In this document: one piece after another, positions 28,103-37,416 of the stretch
How the letters are laid out: each line of letters begins with the position of its first letter
Position numbering within the stretch: the first letter of the stretch is position 1
Assembly (NCBI GenBank): GCA_963820495.1
Contig: CAWGAF010000002.1
Location: forward strand, 121,913 to 185,912
From: an uncultured Chloroflexia bacterium
GTDB lineage: Bacteria; Chloroflexota; Dehalococcoidia; GIF9; UBA5629
Length of the DNA: 64,000 nucleotides
Direction of reading: 5' to 3'
The notes under the pieces: generated by a model
Told to the model about the DNA's origin: nothing
The model's database searches: none
Seen by the model: the letters and a program-made list of their open reading frames with translations, nothing else
Translations under genes and position numbers: made by a program

Positions 28103-28912
28103 ATGCCCGAGCTTCCTGAAGTAGAAACCATAAAGAATGAACTTCTGTCGCATGTTGTGGGACGGCAATTTATCGGGGTGGGGGTTTATGACGAAAAACC
28201 GATCCGCCAGCCTGCGGTTGGTGAATTTTGCTACAAATTGGTAGGGCAGAGTATAACGGGTCTGGAACGCCGAGGCAAATACCTTATTTTCCATCTATCA
28301 GGTGGTTGGGTGCTGGTGGTGCATTTGAGAATGACCGGTGCCCTGCTGCTGAATCCTAGCCAGGATGAGCGTTTTGCCAGAGTGGCTTTTCAGCTCGATG
28401 ACGGCAGCCAGCTTGTTTTTTCTGACCGAAGGCGGCTGGGGGTTATGTGGTTGGATGAAAACGAAAAAGCTATAGTAGAGAAGCTCGGTGTTGAGCCACT
28501 TACGGCGGACTTCACTGTGGAAAAGTTGGCTGAGATGGTGAAAGGTCGCCATGCGCCGATAAAAGCTGTTCTGCTGGACCAGGCTATTGTTGCTGGTATT
28601 GGCAATATGTATGCCGATGAAGCACTATTTATCGCTAAAATCAACCCGTTGAAGAAAGCAGGAGAATTATCTTTACAGGAAGTTAAATCCCTCTATAAGG
28701 CGATAGTTAATGTCTTACGGTCGGCAATTGATAATAAGGGTGCCAGTGTTGATACTTATAAACGTCCTGGGGGTGAGCTGGGTACTGCCCATTACGAGTT
28801 CCATGTTGCCCACCGCCGCAATGGCACCTGCGATGTATGCGGTGCTGCTATCCAGCGAATTGCCGTCCGAAACCGCGGCACTTATTTCTGCCCTGTTTGC
28901 CAGAAGCTGTAA
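28103..28912 (+). CDS. mutM: formamidopyrimidine-DNA glycosylase
   Basis: 269 aa: MPELPEVETI N-terminus, H2TH region, C-terminal zinc finger CDVCGAAI...CPVCQ. Confidence 0.9.
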   Translation: MPELPEVETIKNELLSHVVGRQFIGVGVYDEKPIRQPAVGEFCYKLVGQSITGLERRGKYLIFHLSGGWVLVVHLRMTGALLLNPSQDERFARVAFQLDDGSQLVFSDRRRLGVMWLDENEKAIVEKLGVEPLTADFTVEKLAEMVKGRHAPIKAVLLDQAIVAGIGNMYADEALFIAKINPLKKAGELSLQEVKSLYKAIVNVLRSAIDNKGASVDTYKRPGGELGTAHYEFHVAHRRNGTCDVCGAAIQRIAVRNRGTYFCPVCQKL

Positions 28913-28921
28913 ACCCCTAAA

Positions 28922-28992
28922 TGTCATCGCGAGTCCCGATGCAATCGGGACGTGGCAATCCCGTGGGATCGATGGGAACCCACGAGTACCTA
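28922..28992 (+). repeat. REP-like structured intergenic element, copy A (starts 9 nt after mutM stop)
   Basis: Sequence is TGTCATCGCGAG, then the hairpin GTCCCGATgcaATCGGGAC, then GTGGCAATCCCGTGGGATCGATGGGAACCCACGAGTACCT. An inverted copy lies at 34032-34091. Confidence 0.75.
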
Positions 28993-29084
28993 ATGTACAA
29001 GCGTCAATGCTAATGTGGCTAGCGCATCTTATAAATATCTTAACATCATTGTGATATAATCCCTCTCAAAAAGGAGTGATTACA

Positions 29085-29480
29085 ATGGAGAAAGAGATCG
29101 TTAAAACTCCAACATTAGCTCCCCCATATGCACCATATTCGGCAGGAGTAAAAGTTAAGAAGGTAGGCACTTTTGTTTTCATTTCGGGGGTGGTTCCTAA
29201 CGATGTTGATGGGACAATCGTTTTCAAGGGAGATATCAAGAAACAAATGGAACAGGTTCTAAGTAACCTCAAGGTTACCCTAGAGGCTGCTGGGGCAACC
29301 TTCAAAGATGTTGTAGTGCTGACTACGTATGTTACAGATATGAGAGATTATTTAGCAACTAAGACGGACCATTGGTATCTTGCGCATTTTAATAACCCTG
29401 CTGAAACTCTTGTTGGGGTAAAAGACCTGGCTAATGTAGGTCAGATGTGCGAGGTTTCGGCTATGGCAGTTGTCGAATAG
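29085..29480 (+). CDS. ridA: RidA/YjgF/TdcF-family reactive intermediate deaminase
   Basis: The track start GTG 29076 overlaps the SD AAGGAG (29071-29076), so ATG 29085 is preferred. Motifs PYSAGVKV..., C-terminal CEVSAMAVV. Extended -10 TGATATAAT at 29052-29060. Confidence 0.8.
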   Translation: MEKEIVKTPTLAPPYAPYSAGVKVKKVGTFVFISGVVPNDVDGTIVFKGDIKKQMEQVLSNLKVTLEAAGATFKDVVVLTTYVTDMRDYLATKTDHWYLAHFNNPAETLVGVKDLANVGQMCEVSAMAVVE

Positions 29481-29570
29481 GTAACTGCCCCCGAGTAAAT
29501 GCAGTAACAAAATGGCTAATTGTATGAAGGCTCCATCTGTATAAGTATGAAGGTAGAAGACCTTCAACTG

Positions 29571-30281
29571 TTATTCTTGCTTCGTTATGCCTTCTGTTTC
29601 CTTGCTTACCTTCTCTACATACATACATGCTTCCTGAAAGGCAGGCAGGCCCTCTTTTTGCCACTGAAGGGTTTTTTCACCTAGAAGCTTTATAAGAAAT
29701 TCAGTCATCCCAACTGCGCTCCTCAGCAGCGCATGACATGTAGCTACAAAATGTCTTTCAACGTAATTCGCACCAAGGTTGACTCTGTTTTCTTTCCAGT
29801 TAGCTGTCAGCCCCATAGCCAATTGGCGTGGGTGCGCTATCTCACTAAGTTGTCCGTAGTTCATATCCCAATTTTTTCGGAACTTAGGCGATATGTCATT
29901 TGCCATCTGTGCAAATTTACTAAATCTTGCTTTCCCAGCCAGCAATGTCTCCACTGTTTCCGTCCTTATCTCACAATGTCTACAAGTCAGGTAGTCCTCC
30001 TCCACCGCGCGAATCAAAATTACCGCTTGACTATAGTATCCTTTCTGTAAAAGGTCATACGCACAACGCAAGGAGTTGAAACCTCGCACAACAAGTAGCA
30101 ACCACGCTAATTCCAGCCGTGGAACTTCTCCTGTCTTGAATTCGGGCAAAACTCTGAATCCAGCCAGATAACTGTTGAGTAGGTTTTTTATAAGATTAAG
30201 TTCAGCCTTCTTGTTAGTAATAGTAGTGTTTTTTACCTGTAGTTCCAATTGCTCAGGACTTGGCCAAGTTTCTACTGCCAT
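29571..30281 (-). CDS. hypothetical protein (weak resemblance to AbiV/DUF5677-type helical proteins)
   Basis: 236 aa, all-helical by composition. The segment LLQKGYYSQAVILIRAVEEDYL resembles the AbiV/DUF5677 core only from memory. It lies in the accessory block. Confidence 0.55.
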   Translation of the reverse strand: MAVETWPSPEQLELQVKNTTITNKKAELNLIKNLLNSYLAGFRVLPEFKTGEVPRLELAWLLLVVRGFNSLRCAYDLLQKGYYSQAVILIRAVEEDYLTCRHCEIRTETVETLLAGKARFSKFAQMANDISPKFRKNWDMNYGQLSEIAHPRQLAMGLTANWKENRVNLGANYVERHFVATCHALLRSAVGMTEFLIKLLGEKTLQWQKEGLPAFQEACMYVEKVSKETEGITKQE

Positions 30282-30530
30282 TTTTCCTGCCCTCCCTATA
30301 GACGGTTAGTTTACGTGTACTCTATACTGTTCAAGGATGGTAGTCAATTTCATACAGCTGCACAATGTGCCTTAATGTTCAGGCTCATCCTGTGTTAGAG
30401 ATCGATACGCCCCCCAGGCTCGTCTTGTATTGGAAGAGAGCGGAGCTTCCTTTATCCCCCTCAATAGTTTTATAATTGGAGAAAGAGGCACGAAGAACAG
30501 AGAACGTTATAAGAGATTGGGGCCAGTAGT

Positions 30531-30851
30531 ATGAATAGCTACAGTATCAAGTTAACTACCGGAGTATTAATGCTTTTAATTGTTTCTGCTTTACTTGCCC
30601 TTGTTTCCTGTGATAGTCCTCGCTATACCGCAGACCAGGTAATAGTCATCGCACAGAATTATTCCCCAGAAAAATGCTCTACGGGGGGTCATCTTGATCT
30701 TCATAGTCTTAAATGGGTGGGCGCGTCCTATTACGATCCTTCATGGGAAGCTGAATATGCCGGTAATTCTATTTGGGAAATAAGAAAGAAGTGTCAGCAG
30801 AGAGTTGTATCAACATTTTACTTTGACGAAAAAACGACAATGATTAGGTAA
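30531..30851 (+). CDS. small lipoprotein, unknown function
   Basis: 106 aa with a signal peptide and LVSC lipobox. Confidence 0.6.
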   Translation: MNSYSIKLTTGVLMLLIVSALLALVSCDSPRYTADQVIVIAQNYSPEKCSTGGHLDLHSLKWVGASYYDPSWEAEYAGNSIWEIRKKCQQRVVSTFYFDEKTTMIR

Positions 30852-31024
30852 ATATAAACCGTAGGGTCTTTTTGTTATAAAAGCTCTGTCTGTATTCCGC
30901 CTCTCTTTTCTCCCCCGCTCACTTCTACCCTAGGCCATCAATCAAATACATTTATATTCCTTCCGCTTAAAGTTATTGCCTACCATTAGGATATGTGGTA
31001 GATTGATAGCTAGGGGTGTCGTGA

Positions 31025-31564
31025 ATGAATGACGTGTTCTGGGCTGCCTTCGGAGGTGGTATTGGTGGTGGTGTTATTGTCACACTCCTAGCGATCTTTC
31101 TAAAGTGGCTTTGTGAGAGACCACTCCTCAATATTAGTATGGTAATCAAGCATAAGCCTCCACATATGTCCGTAGCTGAATTTAAAAATAAGCTTGGGAT
31201 TCCCTTTGATCAGCAAGTAAACATAAAACCCGCGGACACCAGGGTAATACTCATCAAGATAATGAATCCGCATCCGAAAGTGATTACTGTTGAGAAGTTG
31301 GGATTTAGTTATAAATCTAAGTCAGGTGACTTAGATTTTATGGAGCCGGGTCAATATGAACTCTCATACGAAATTAAAGAGAATAAGGCAGTTCAAATTG
31401 AAATGTCTGAAGCGGATTTATTTGCTCCCTTAATGGTAAAGGATAAGAAACCATCTGATATCAAATATGTGTGGGTTGAAACGCAAGCAGGTAAATTCAA
31501 AAATAAAATTGATAGAAAAACAATAGTCGAACTTGATAACTGGTTCCAAGAAAAGCAAAATTAA
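31025..31564 (+). CDS. hypothetical N-terminally anchored protein
   Basis: 179 aa: one N-terminal Gly-rich TM helix, then a beta-rich soluble part; no family recognised. Confidence 0.55.
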   Translation: MNDVFWAAFGGGIGGGVIVTLLAIFLKWLCERPLLNISMVIKHKPPHMSVAEFKNKLGIPFDQQVNIKPADTRVILIKIMNPHPKVITVEKLGFSYKSKSGDLDFMEPGQYELSYEIKENKAVQIEMSEADLFAPLMVKDKKPSDIKYVWVETQAGKFKNKIDRKTIVELDNWFQEKQN

Positions 31565-31743
31565 CTAAATTGGCTTTGCGGGTAGGTTTCAAACGTGCGA
31601 CCAACCGGTTACTAGCTCGAAACATCCGGCAGTAGTCCTATCTGCACATTCTGACGTTTTGTGTGATTTAAAACGAAACGATGGATTTTTGTCCTGCTAT
31701 ATTGCCTTGCAAGTTATTAGTTTATTAATTTGCGAAAATTTAC

Positions 31744-32313
31744 CTAGTTGCTTTTAAGCTTTTTCAGTACCCAGGCGATTTTCTTGCCAAAGTTCCAGGC
31801 TGTTGACATACCTTCTTCGTCGCTTGTCACTTCACCTTTTTCTTTGCCAAAGGCTATGTTCCAGTATGTTGATCCGGGTATTACTAACCCCAGAACTTGA
31901 AACCAGAAGGTGAGCTCCGCAAGTGTAAAGTTGTGACCAGCGCGTCGTGCTACAACCAATGGACCACCAACTTTGCCACTGAAAGGTTCGCCATTATGGC
32001 GTGATACGTAGCCCGTCCGCTCCATGAATGCTTTAATCAGGGCGGTAGCTGAGCCGTAATATACTGGAGAGGCCAGGATTATGCCGTCAGCTTCTTTCAT
32101 TTTCAGGTATATAGGAAATAAATCATCCTCAATTGAGCATCGTTCTTCTTTTACGCAGACCATACAGGCATTGCATGGTTTTATATCCAGCCCAGCCAGT
32201 CGGATGAGTTCCGTATCCAAACATTCCTCAGCGATAGCCTTAAGTGCATGAGCAGTTAATATTTCTGTGTTGCCGCTCTTTCGAGGGCTGCCAACAATAC
32301 CTATTACTTTCAT
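31744..32313 (-). CDS. iron-sulfur flavoprotein / NADPH-dependent FMN reductase family
   Basis: Preferred start is MKVIGIVGSPRKSGNT (ATG 32313, AAAGGGG SD); the track start is 32343. Compact Cys motif CNACMVCVKEERC (Cx2Cx2Cx5C). Confidence 0.75.
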   Translation of the reverse strand: MKVIGIVGSPRKSGNTEILTAHALKAIAEECLDTELIRLAGLDIKPCNACMVCVKEERCSIEDDLFPIYLKMKEADGIILASPVYYGSATALIKAFMERTGYVSRHNGEPFSGKVGGPLVVARRAGHNFTLAELTFWFQVLGLVIPGSTYWNIAFGKEKGEVTSDEEGMSTAWNFGKKIAWVLKKLKSN

Positions 32314-32483
32314 GTTACCCCTTTCAACAAGATATTCCTTCATATTATTATATAGAATGGTAGGTCATGTTCCTAATGCTGGTATGAAATTGATTAAATA
32401 TTTTGGCTTTTTGTGTGATGGGAAATGTTAATCGGTGATTTGGGTGAACTATTCTGTCGTAAAAATTTTTGATGAAAGATGAG

Positions 32484-32654
32484 TCAATGAGGGGATATAA
32501 TTTCGCCAAGCCCGAAAAACAAAACAAAAAGGCCGATTAACATAGCCAGAAAAACGAGAATAGACCGCTCTCGATTTCTTATGACGCCAATAAGTCCGGT
32601 AAGAAAGGAGAACACGCCGGAAGTTCCTGCGAGCAGCATTGGGATTGTGAGCAC
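32484..32654 (-). CDS. possible small two-TM membrane protein (51-56 aa)
   Basis: My translation in a frame not reported by the track reads (V)LTIPMLLAGTSGVFSFLTGLIGVIRNRERSILVFLAMLIGLFVLFFGLGEIISPH*. Candidate starts are GTG 32654 or ATG 32639. There is no convincing SD. Confidence 0.3.
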   Translation of the reverse strand: MLTIPMLLAGTSGVFSFLTGLIGVIRNRERSILVFLAMLIGLFVLFFGLGEIISPH

Positions 32655-33074
32655 AAAGTTGTTTAAAATGTTTCGCCACCCCGCTGCCCTGAAGCGACAA
32701 GAAGTAGGAATGCTATTAAAAGTACAAGGAAAGCTAAGGCCAATCCGGTTGACTATTTACCTAAAGGCGTTTTCGGCAAGACACTAACTCGCATGCTTTT
32801 ATTATATATGTCAACAGAATACATGCTAATAAACAGCTTTCTCTTAGCATTGCCTTGAAATGCTGGTTCTAGTACAGGCTTTTTTGTACATGCAATAGCT
32901 TCATTACTAATAGCTTCATTACTACAGGTGTATGTCAAGGTAGTCTGGATTGTTTATTAGGGGGCTAGGTCAGAGTGGTCAGGAGAGCTAACCCCCTCGA
33001 ATAAGAGGAGAGCCCGATTATGGTAAAAATAATCCGTACTTCTTATATTAAATTTTAATCAGTAATATAATTAG

Positions 33075-33581
33075 CTATTTTTTCTTCCCAACTGCTGCCG
33101 CAACTTCTATCTCTATTAACATATCAGGCAAGTCTAGTTTAATATCTTTAAGCAGAACTCCCGCTCTCCGATTTTCATTAAGGTCAGGGCAGTGTTTGGC
33201 CCAGAATTGTTCCGTGGCTTCAAACATATCCCAGTTATCATCCCTATTCACCAGAAAATAGTTGATCCAGTAGATATCCTCCAACTTAGCGCCCAAGCCC
33301 TCTAATATTTCCTTAATCCTTGTCCAGCAGGCCGTCGTTTGCTCTTTAATTCCTCCAACAACATTACCTACACGTTGTCTTTCTTCGTTCCAGTTCATTG
33401 GTTCTCTATCGGTCTCGGGATTTCTTCCTGTGTGTCCTGATAAATAGATAATCCTGTCTACCTGGTCTAGTTTCATTTCAATTGCTGCTGCCCACGGCAT
33501 CTTCCCCGCTTTATGATAGAAAGGGTAAAGCGTGAAACCGGGATACACCTTTTTCTCTTCTTTTCTCATCCAGTTTGGCAT
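33075..33581 (-). CDS. RidA/YjgF-superfamily protein (divergent, 168 aa)
   Basis: Contains IYLSGHTG...GGIKEQT...IEIEVAAAV, the C-terminal signature typical of the family; longer than canonical RidA. Confidence 0.5.
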   Translation of the reverse strand: MPNWMRKEEKKVYPGFTLYPFYHKAGKMPWAAAIEMKLDQVDRIIYLSGHTGRNPETDREPMNWNEERQRVGNVVGGIKEQTTACWTRIKEILEGLGAKLEDIYWINYFLVNRDDNWDMFEATEQFWAKHCPDLNENRRAGVLLKDIKLDLPDMLIEIEVAAAVGKKK

Positions 33582-33884
33582 TCTAACCTCCTAGTTAAAA
33601 TATGCTTTGAAGTGATTTAGCTATTTCGTAGATTTTTAAATAAGCTCCTCGCTCAGCAGCCATAAAAACTTATTGTACTATATCATAAAGAGTTGCGCTA
33701 TAAAATAGGAGAAGTCGGAGATTCTGCTATCTATAAAAACTGGCGGCTTTTACACTAATTTCGGGGCATGTTTTAGATAGTATTCTGCTTTCGCTGCGCG
33801 CATACGGTATCCGATTGGATTAGCTGAGCAGTTTAAGGTTAGGATGAAAGGGAAGCGTCAGAGGAATAGCTACAAAGTCATCCT

Positions 33885-34091
33885 TGACCTCTTGATGACA
33901 GGTTGTGTTACAAGGTAAGGTACTCGGAATCCTCCTTGAGTTTCGAGATTTCTTCATCGTCCCGACTTTATCGGGACTCCTCGCAAAGACAGAGTGGAAG
34001 GTCTTGCAATGGCAAATTTCCCCGCACAATCTAAGGTACTAGTGGGTTCCCTTTGATCCCATGGGATCACCACGCTTCTCTCGCGATGACA
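33885..34091 (-). repeat. cluster of 2-3 degenerate REP-like units; best unit (copy B) at 34032-34091 starts 9 nt after gltX stop
   Basis: The minus strand reads TGTCATCGCGAG-AGAAGC-GTGGTGATCCCATGGGATCAAAGGGAACCCACTAGTACCT. Further related units lie at ~33950-33990 (GCGAGGAGTCCCGATAAAGTCGGGACG) and ~33885-33900 (CCTGTCATCAAGAG). Confidence 0.7.
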
Positions 34092-34100
34092 GGTGTGAAC

Positions 34101-35555
34101 TCAAGAGGTTGTAAGTTTATCCAGGGCTGATTTCAAGCGCTGGAAACAGCGTTCTTTGCCAAGCACTTCCATGGTTTGGAATAGGGGTGGAGCTGCTGTT
34201 CTGCCGGTGGTTGCTATACGCAATAGTCCGAAGAAAACGCCGGTCTTGAGTTTGAGTTCCTCAGACAGGGGGCGCAGAATTGACTCTAAAGAATCTGTAG
34301 TCCAGCCATCCAGCCCTTCTAGCCTTGATATGGTCGTCTGAAGAACCTGAACTGCCTGAAATTTGTCAATTTTATGCAGCAGTAAACTGGTATCATATTC
34401 CAGCAGCTTGTCAGTGAAAAAGAACTCGGTTAACTGGGGAACTTCCAGTAAGGTTTTAGCCCTATCCTGGGTGAGAGGCATAATATGTTGCAGATAGGTG
34501 GTATCAAGAGGACGCTTGATTTGTGCTGGTAGGTTATTCTCCAGGAAAGGAATGGCTTGCTTGGCGAATTCATCGGCGCTTAGGCTGCGAATGTAGACTC
34601 CGTTCATCCAGTCCAGTTTGTCTTTGTTAAACACGGCGGCAGTTTTACTCACGCGCTCCAGAGAGAAGTGTTTTATTATTTCCTGCCTAGTTAGTAGCTC
34701 GGTCTTGTCGTCAAATGACCAGCCGAGTAGTGATAAGAAGTTAATCATCGCTTCTGCCAGATAACCCTGCTCTTTGTATTCATTTATGGAGGTAGCTCCA
34801 TGGCGCTTGCTTAGTTTGGAGCGGTCGGGTCCCAGTATCATAGGCAGATGGGCAAACTGGGGTGGCTGCCAGTCCAGAGCCCGGTAAAGCAAAATGTGGC
34901 GCGGCGTGCTTGAAAGCCATTCGTCAGCCCTGAGAACATGTGAAACCGCCATCATGTGGTCATCGATGATATTTGCCAGATGGTAGGTGGGATAGTCATC
35001 AGATTTAAGGAGCACAAAGTCGTCCAGAGTGTTGTTTTCAAAGACGATATTGCCGCGTATCAGGTCGCAGAAAGAAGTTTGTCCGCCCAGGGGCGATTTG
35101 AAACGGACTACGGGGGTGATGCCGCTTTTTTCCATTTCCTTTCTTTTCTCAGGAGTCAGGTTGCGGCAATGACGGTCATAACCCGGCGGCTGCTTGCGGC
35201 TCATCTGTTCCTGCCGCAGTGTATCCAATCGTTGGGAAGAGCAATAGCAAAGGTAAGCTGCATCTCGCTTCACCAACTCATTTGCTATCTCGTGGTAATG
35301 CTTTAGTCTTTCTGATTGGAAATAGGGCCCTTCGTCCCAGTCAAGCCCAAGCCAGCGTAAGCTGCCTAGAATCATGTCCACAGCACCTTCTACCCGCCGG
35401 GCAACGTCTGTGTCTTCGATGCGCAGGATGAAAGTGCCGTTGTTATGGCGGGCAAAAAGCCAGTTGAACAAGGCAGTCCTGATATTGCCGAGGTGGGGGT
35501 AGCCAGTGGGGCTGGGAGCAAAACGAACTCTAGCCTTGGTATCGGGACTAGCCAA
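34101..35555 (-). CDS. gltX: glutamate--tRNA ligase
   Basis: 484 aa: RFAPSPTGYPHLGN (HIGH-type motif), KLSKRHG (KMSKS-type motif). Confidence 0.92.
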   Translation of the reverse strand: MASPDTKARVRFAPSPTGYPHLGNIRTALFNWLFARHNNGTFILRIEDTDVARRVEGAVDMILGSLRWLGLDWDEGPYFQSERLKHYHEIANELVKRDAAYLCYCSSQRLDTLRQEQMSRKQPPGYDRHCRNLTPEKRKEMEKSGITPVVRFKSPLGGQTSFCDLIRGNIVFENNTLDDFVLLKSDDYPTYHLANIIDDHMMAVSHVLRADEWLSSTPRHILLYRALDWQPPQFAHLPMILGPDRSKLSKRHGATSINEYKEQGYLAEAMINFLSLLGWSFDDKTELLTRQEIIKHFSLERVSKTAAVFNKDKLDWMNGVYIRSLSADEFAKQAIPFLENNLPAQIKRPLDTTYLQHIMPLTQDRAKTLLEVPQLTEFFFTDKLLEYDTSLLLHKIDKFQAVQVLQTTISRLEGLDGWTTDSLESILRPLSEELKLKTGVFFGLLRIATTGRTAAPPLFQTMEVLGKERCFQRLKSALDKLTTS

Positions 35556-36024
35556 CTTTTCCTCTTGCTAAGTATTCTGTGGTGAAGGCTACCTGCCTTA
35601 CGGGCAGTTTTACTACATAGGTATCGGCTATCTTGTCATGTAGCCCTTGTTTGCGGCTGTCAAAGGCAATCCAGATGAAACCGATGAAAAGGATAATGGT
35701 GGAAACAATGCAGCCCAAATAGCGTAGAAGGGCGTATTGCCAGGTGATTGGGGAGCTGTCAGTGCGAATAATTTTGATCCCTGTTACCATCTTGCCTGGA
35801 GTCTGTCCCCGCCATGCCCAGAAAGCGACAACATAGACAATCTCAATTAGCCATGACATGAAAGAGAAGATAAGAATAAATATAGAAGTTGGAACCAAAA
35901 GGATAATAAATCTGAAAATAGCATAGCAGACAATGGACAGGATGATGAGGTCGACTATGACGGCACCGAGCCTAATCCAGAAGCCAGCGTATTCTAAGGC
36001 ATATTCTTCTGGCTTCTTTTTCAA
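35548..36024 (-). CDS. RDD-family membrane protein
   Basis: 158 aa: YAGFWIRLGAVIVDLII, three TM helices, GLHDKIADT. Confidence 0.75.
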   Translation of the reverse strand: MKKKPEEYALEYAGFWIRLGAVIVDLIILSIVCYAIFRFIILLVPTSIFILIFSFMSWLIEIVYVVAFWAWRGQTPGKMVTGIKIIRTDSSPITWQYALLRYLGCIVSTIILFIGFIWIAFDSRKQGLHDKIADTYVVKLPVRQVAFTTEYLARGKVG

Positions 36025-36068
36025 TTCGGGCTCCTCTGGTTGAGTACTCGACTACTTTCTTCGAGCTT

Positions 36069-36380
36069 CTATTTCTTGGTGAGGATGCGATGTATACCTT
36101 CGAGCTGGCTCAGGTATCTCTGCAGGCGTTCGACCAGTTGTTCTGCTTCTTTCAATCTATTTCTGGTATCTTCCATTTGTGACTGAACTTTGAACAGAAA
36201 CTCGTTTCGTTTGGCGCCTAATTCACCTTCAAAGCCCGCTAATGCTTGAAGCTCTTCCTCACTGCCTATGAGTTGGTTCAGTAAGTCGCCCTCTCTTCCC
36301 AGCTGGTCTCTCTTAATTTGGCTAAAAGCTCTGTTTGGGTCTTTCATATCATCCGCCTTTTGTTGTCTACAATGTAGCAC
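36069..36380 (-). CDS. hypothetical coiled-coil protein
   Basis: 103 aa by the track (GTG start). An alternative ATG at 36347 (MKDPNRAF...) has AAGGCGGA upstream. No family recognised. Confidence 0.5.
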   Translation of the reverse strand: MLHCRQQKADDMKDPNRAFSQIKRDQLGREGDLLNQLIGSEEELQALAGFEGELGAKRNEFLFKVQSQMEDTRNRLKEAEQLVERLQRYLSQLEGIHRILTKK

Positions 36381-36498
36381 ATTAGTGTGGTTTTAATCAA
36401 CAGGCATAATCCTCACCTTTGTCTACTACCTGCTTTTTCTAAATAGGGATGGGTATAGAGGTTTTTATTAGGGTGGGGCTTCGCTACATTGAAACCTA

Positions 36499-37416
36499 TT
36501 AGTGCTGTTTTATCAGTTCTAAGGCTTGTTTTAAGTCCTGAGGTAGTTCACAGGTGAACTCTTTAAATTCCTCGCTGGAAGGAATGTGGAAACCCAGGCG
36601 ATAGGCGTGGACAAATTGTCGCTTGAGGTGAGCTGATTTGACTCCATAAACTGGGTCGCCAACGACGGGGTAGCCAATTGCCGAGAGATGGACGCGTATC
36701 TGGTGAGTTCGACCAGTTTCAAGGGTGACTTCAAGCAGAGTGTAGTTATCCAGGTATTCCTTAACCCTATAGCCAGTTCTGGCTTGTCTGCCTGAGGTTA
36801 CGACCGCCATGAGTTTGCGATTGGCTGGGTGACGACCGATGGGAGCTTCGATAATTCCTCTTGTTGGGGTCAATTTACCTTTGACTAGAACAAGATAACC
36901 CTTGTATACGGAACGAGTTTTAAATTGGTTAATTAAATTTTGTTGGGCAGGACTATTCTTAGCAATAACCATTAGCCCTGAAGTGTCTTTATCCAAGCGG
37001 TGGACTATGCCCGGACGCAGGGAATCACCGAACTTGGCGAGGTCAGGGCAATGGGCTAACATAGCATTAACCAGGGTGTGACTGGTATGTCCCGGGGCAG
37101 GGTGGACGGTTAGCCCAGCTGGCTTATTCAATACGACGAGGTCATTATCTTCGTAAACAATATTCAGCGGTATTGGTTCGGCAGCAAGGGAAATTGGTTC
37201 TGGATGTGGCAGACTAAAGCTTATTTTATCTCCAGTATTAAGTTTCTGGCTTACCTTTGCGCCATATCCATTGACCATGATGTAACCTTGCTCGATTAGC
37301 TTTTGGATGTAGGAGCGTGACAGGTCAGTGTATACTTTAGCCAGGTACTTATCCAGGCGGATTGCAGCTTCAGTTATCTGGATTGTTTTTACTTCTGGTT
37401 TAGGAGGTACGACCAT
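36499..37416 (-). CDS. rluD: RluA-family 23S rRNA pseudouridine synthase (RluD-like, S4 domain)
   Basis: 305 aa: N-terminal S4-like domain, HRLDKDTSGLMV catalytic motif, GRTHQIRVH. Confidence 0.88.
   Translation of the reverse strand: MVVPPKPEVKTIQITEAAIRLDKYLAKVYTDLSRSYIQKLIEQGYIMVNGYGAKVSQKLNTGDKISFSLPHPEPISLAAEPIPLNIVYEDNDLVVLNKPAGLTVHPAPGHTSHTLVNAMLAHCPDLAKFGDSLRPGIVHRLDKDTSGLMVIAKNSPAQQNLINQFKTRSVYKGYLVLVKGKLTPTRGIIEAPIGRHPANRKLMAVVTSGRQARTGYRVKEYLDNYTLLEVTLETGRTHQIRVHLSAIGYPVVGDPVYGVKSAHLKRQFVHAYRLGFHIPSSEEFKEFTCELPQDLKQALELIKQH

Noticed and set aside
28710-29054. Track ORF 28710-29054 (and likewise 33820-34029 minus) translating ...VIASPDAIGTWQSRGID... / ...FARSPDKVGT...
   Set aside because: The first overlaps the 3' end of mutM out of frame, and both read through REP-like hairpin repeats. 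These are typical spurious ORFs generated by structured intergenic repeats.
31575-31640. tRNA-like fragment (GGTTTCAAACGTGCGACC...) downstream of 31025-31564
   Set aside because: No acceptor, T-arm or anticodon arm can be folded, so the resemblance to a T-loop is superficial.
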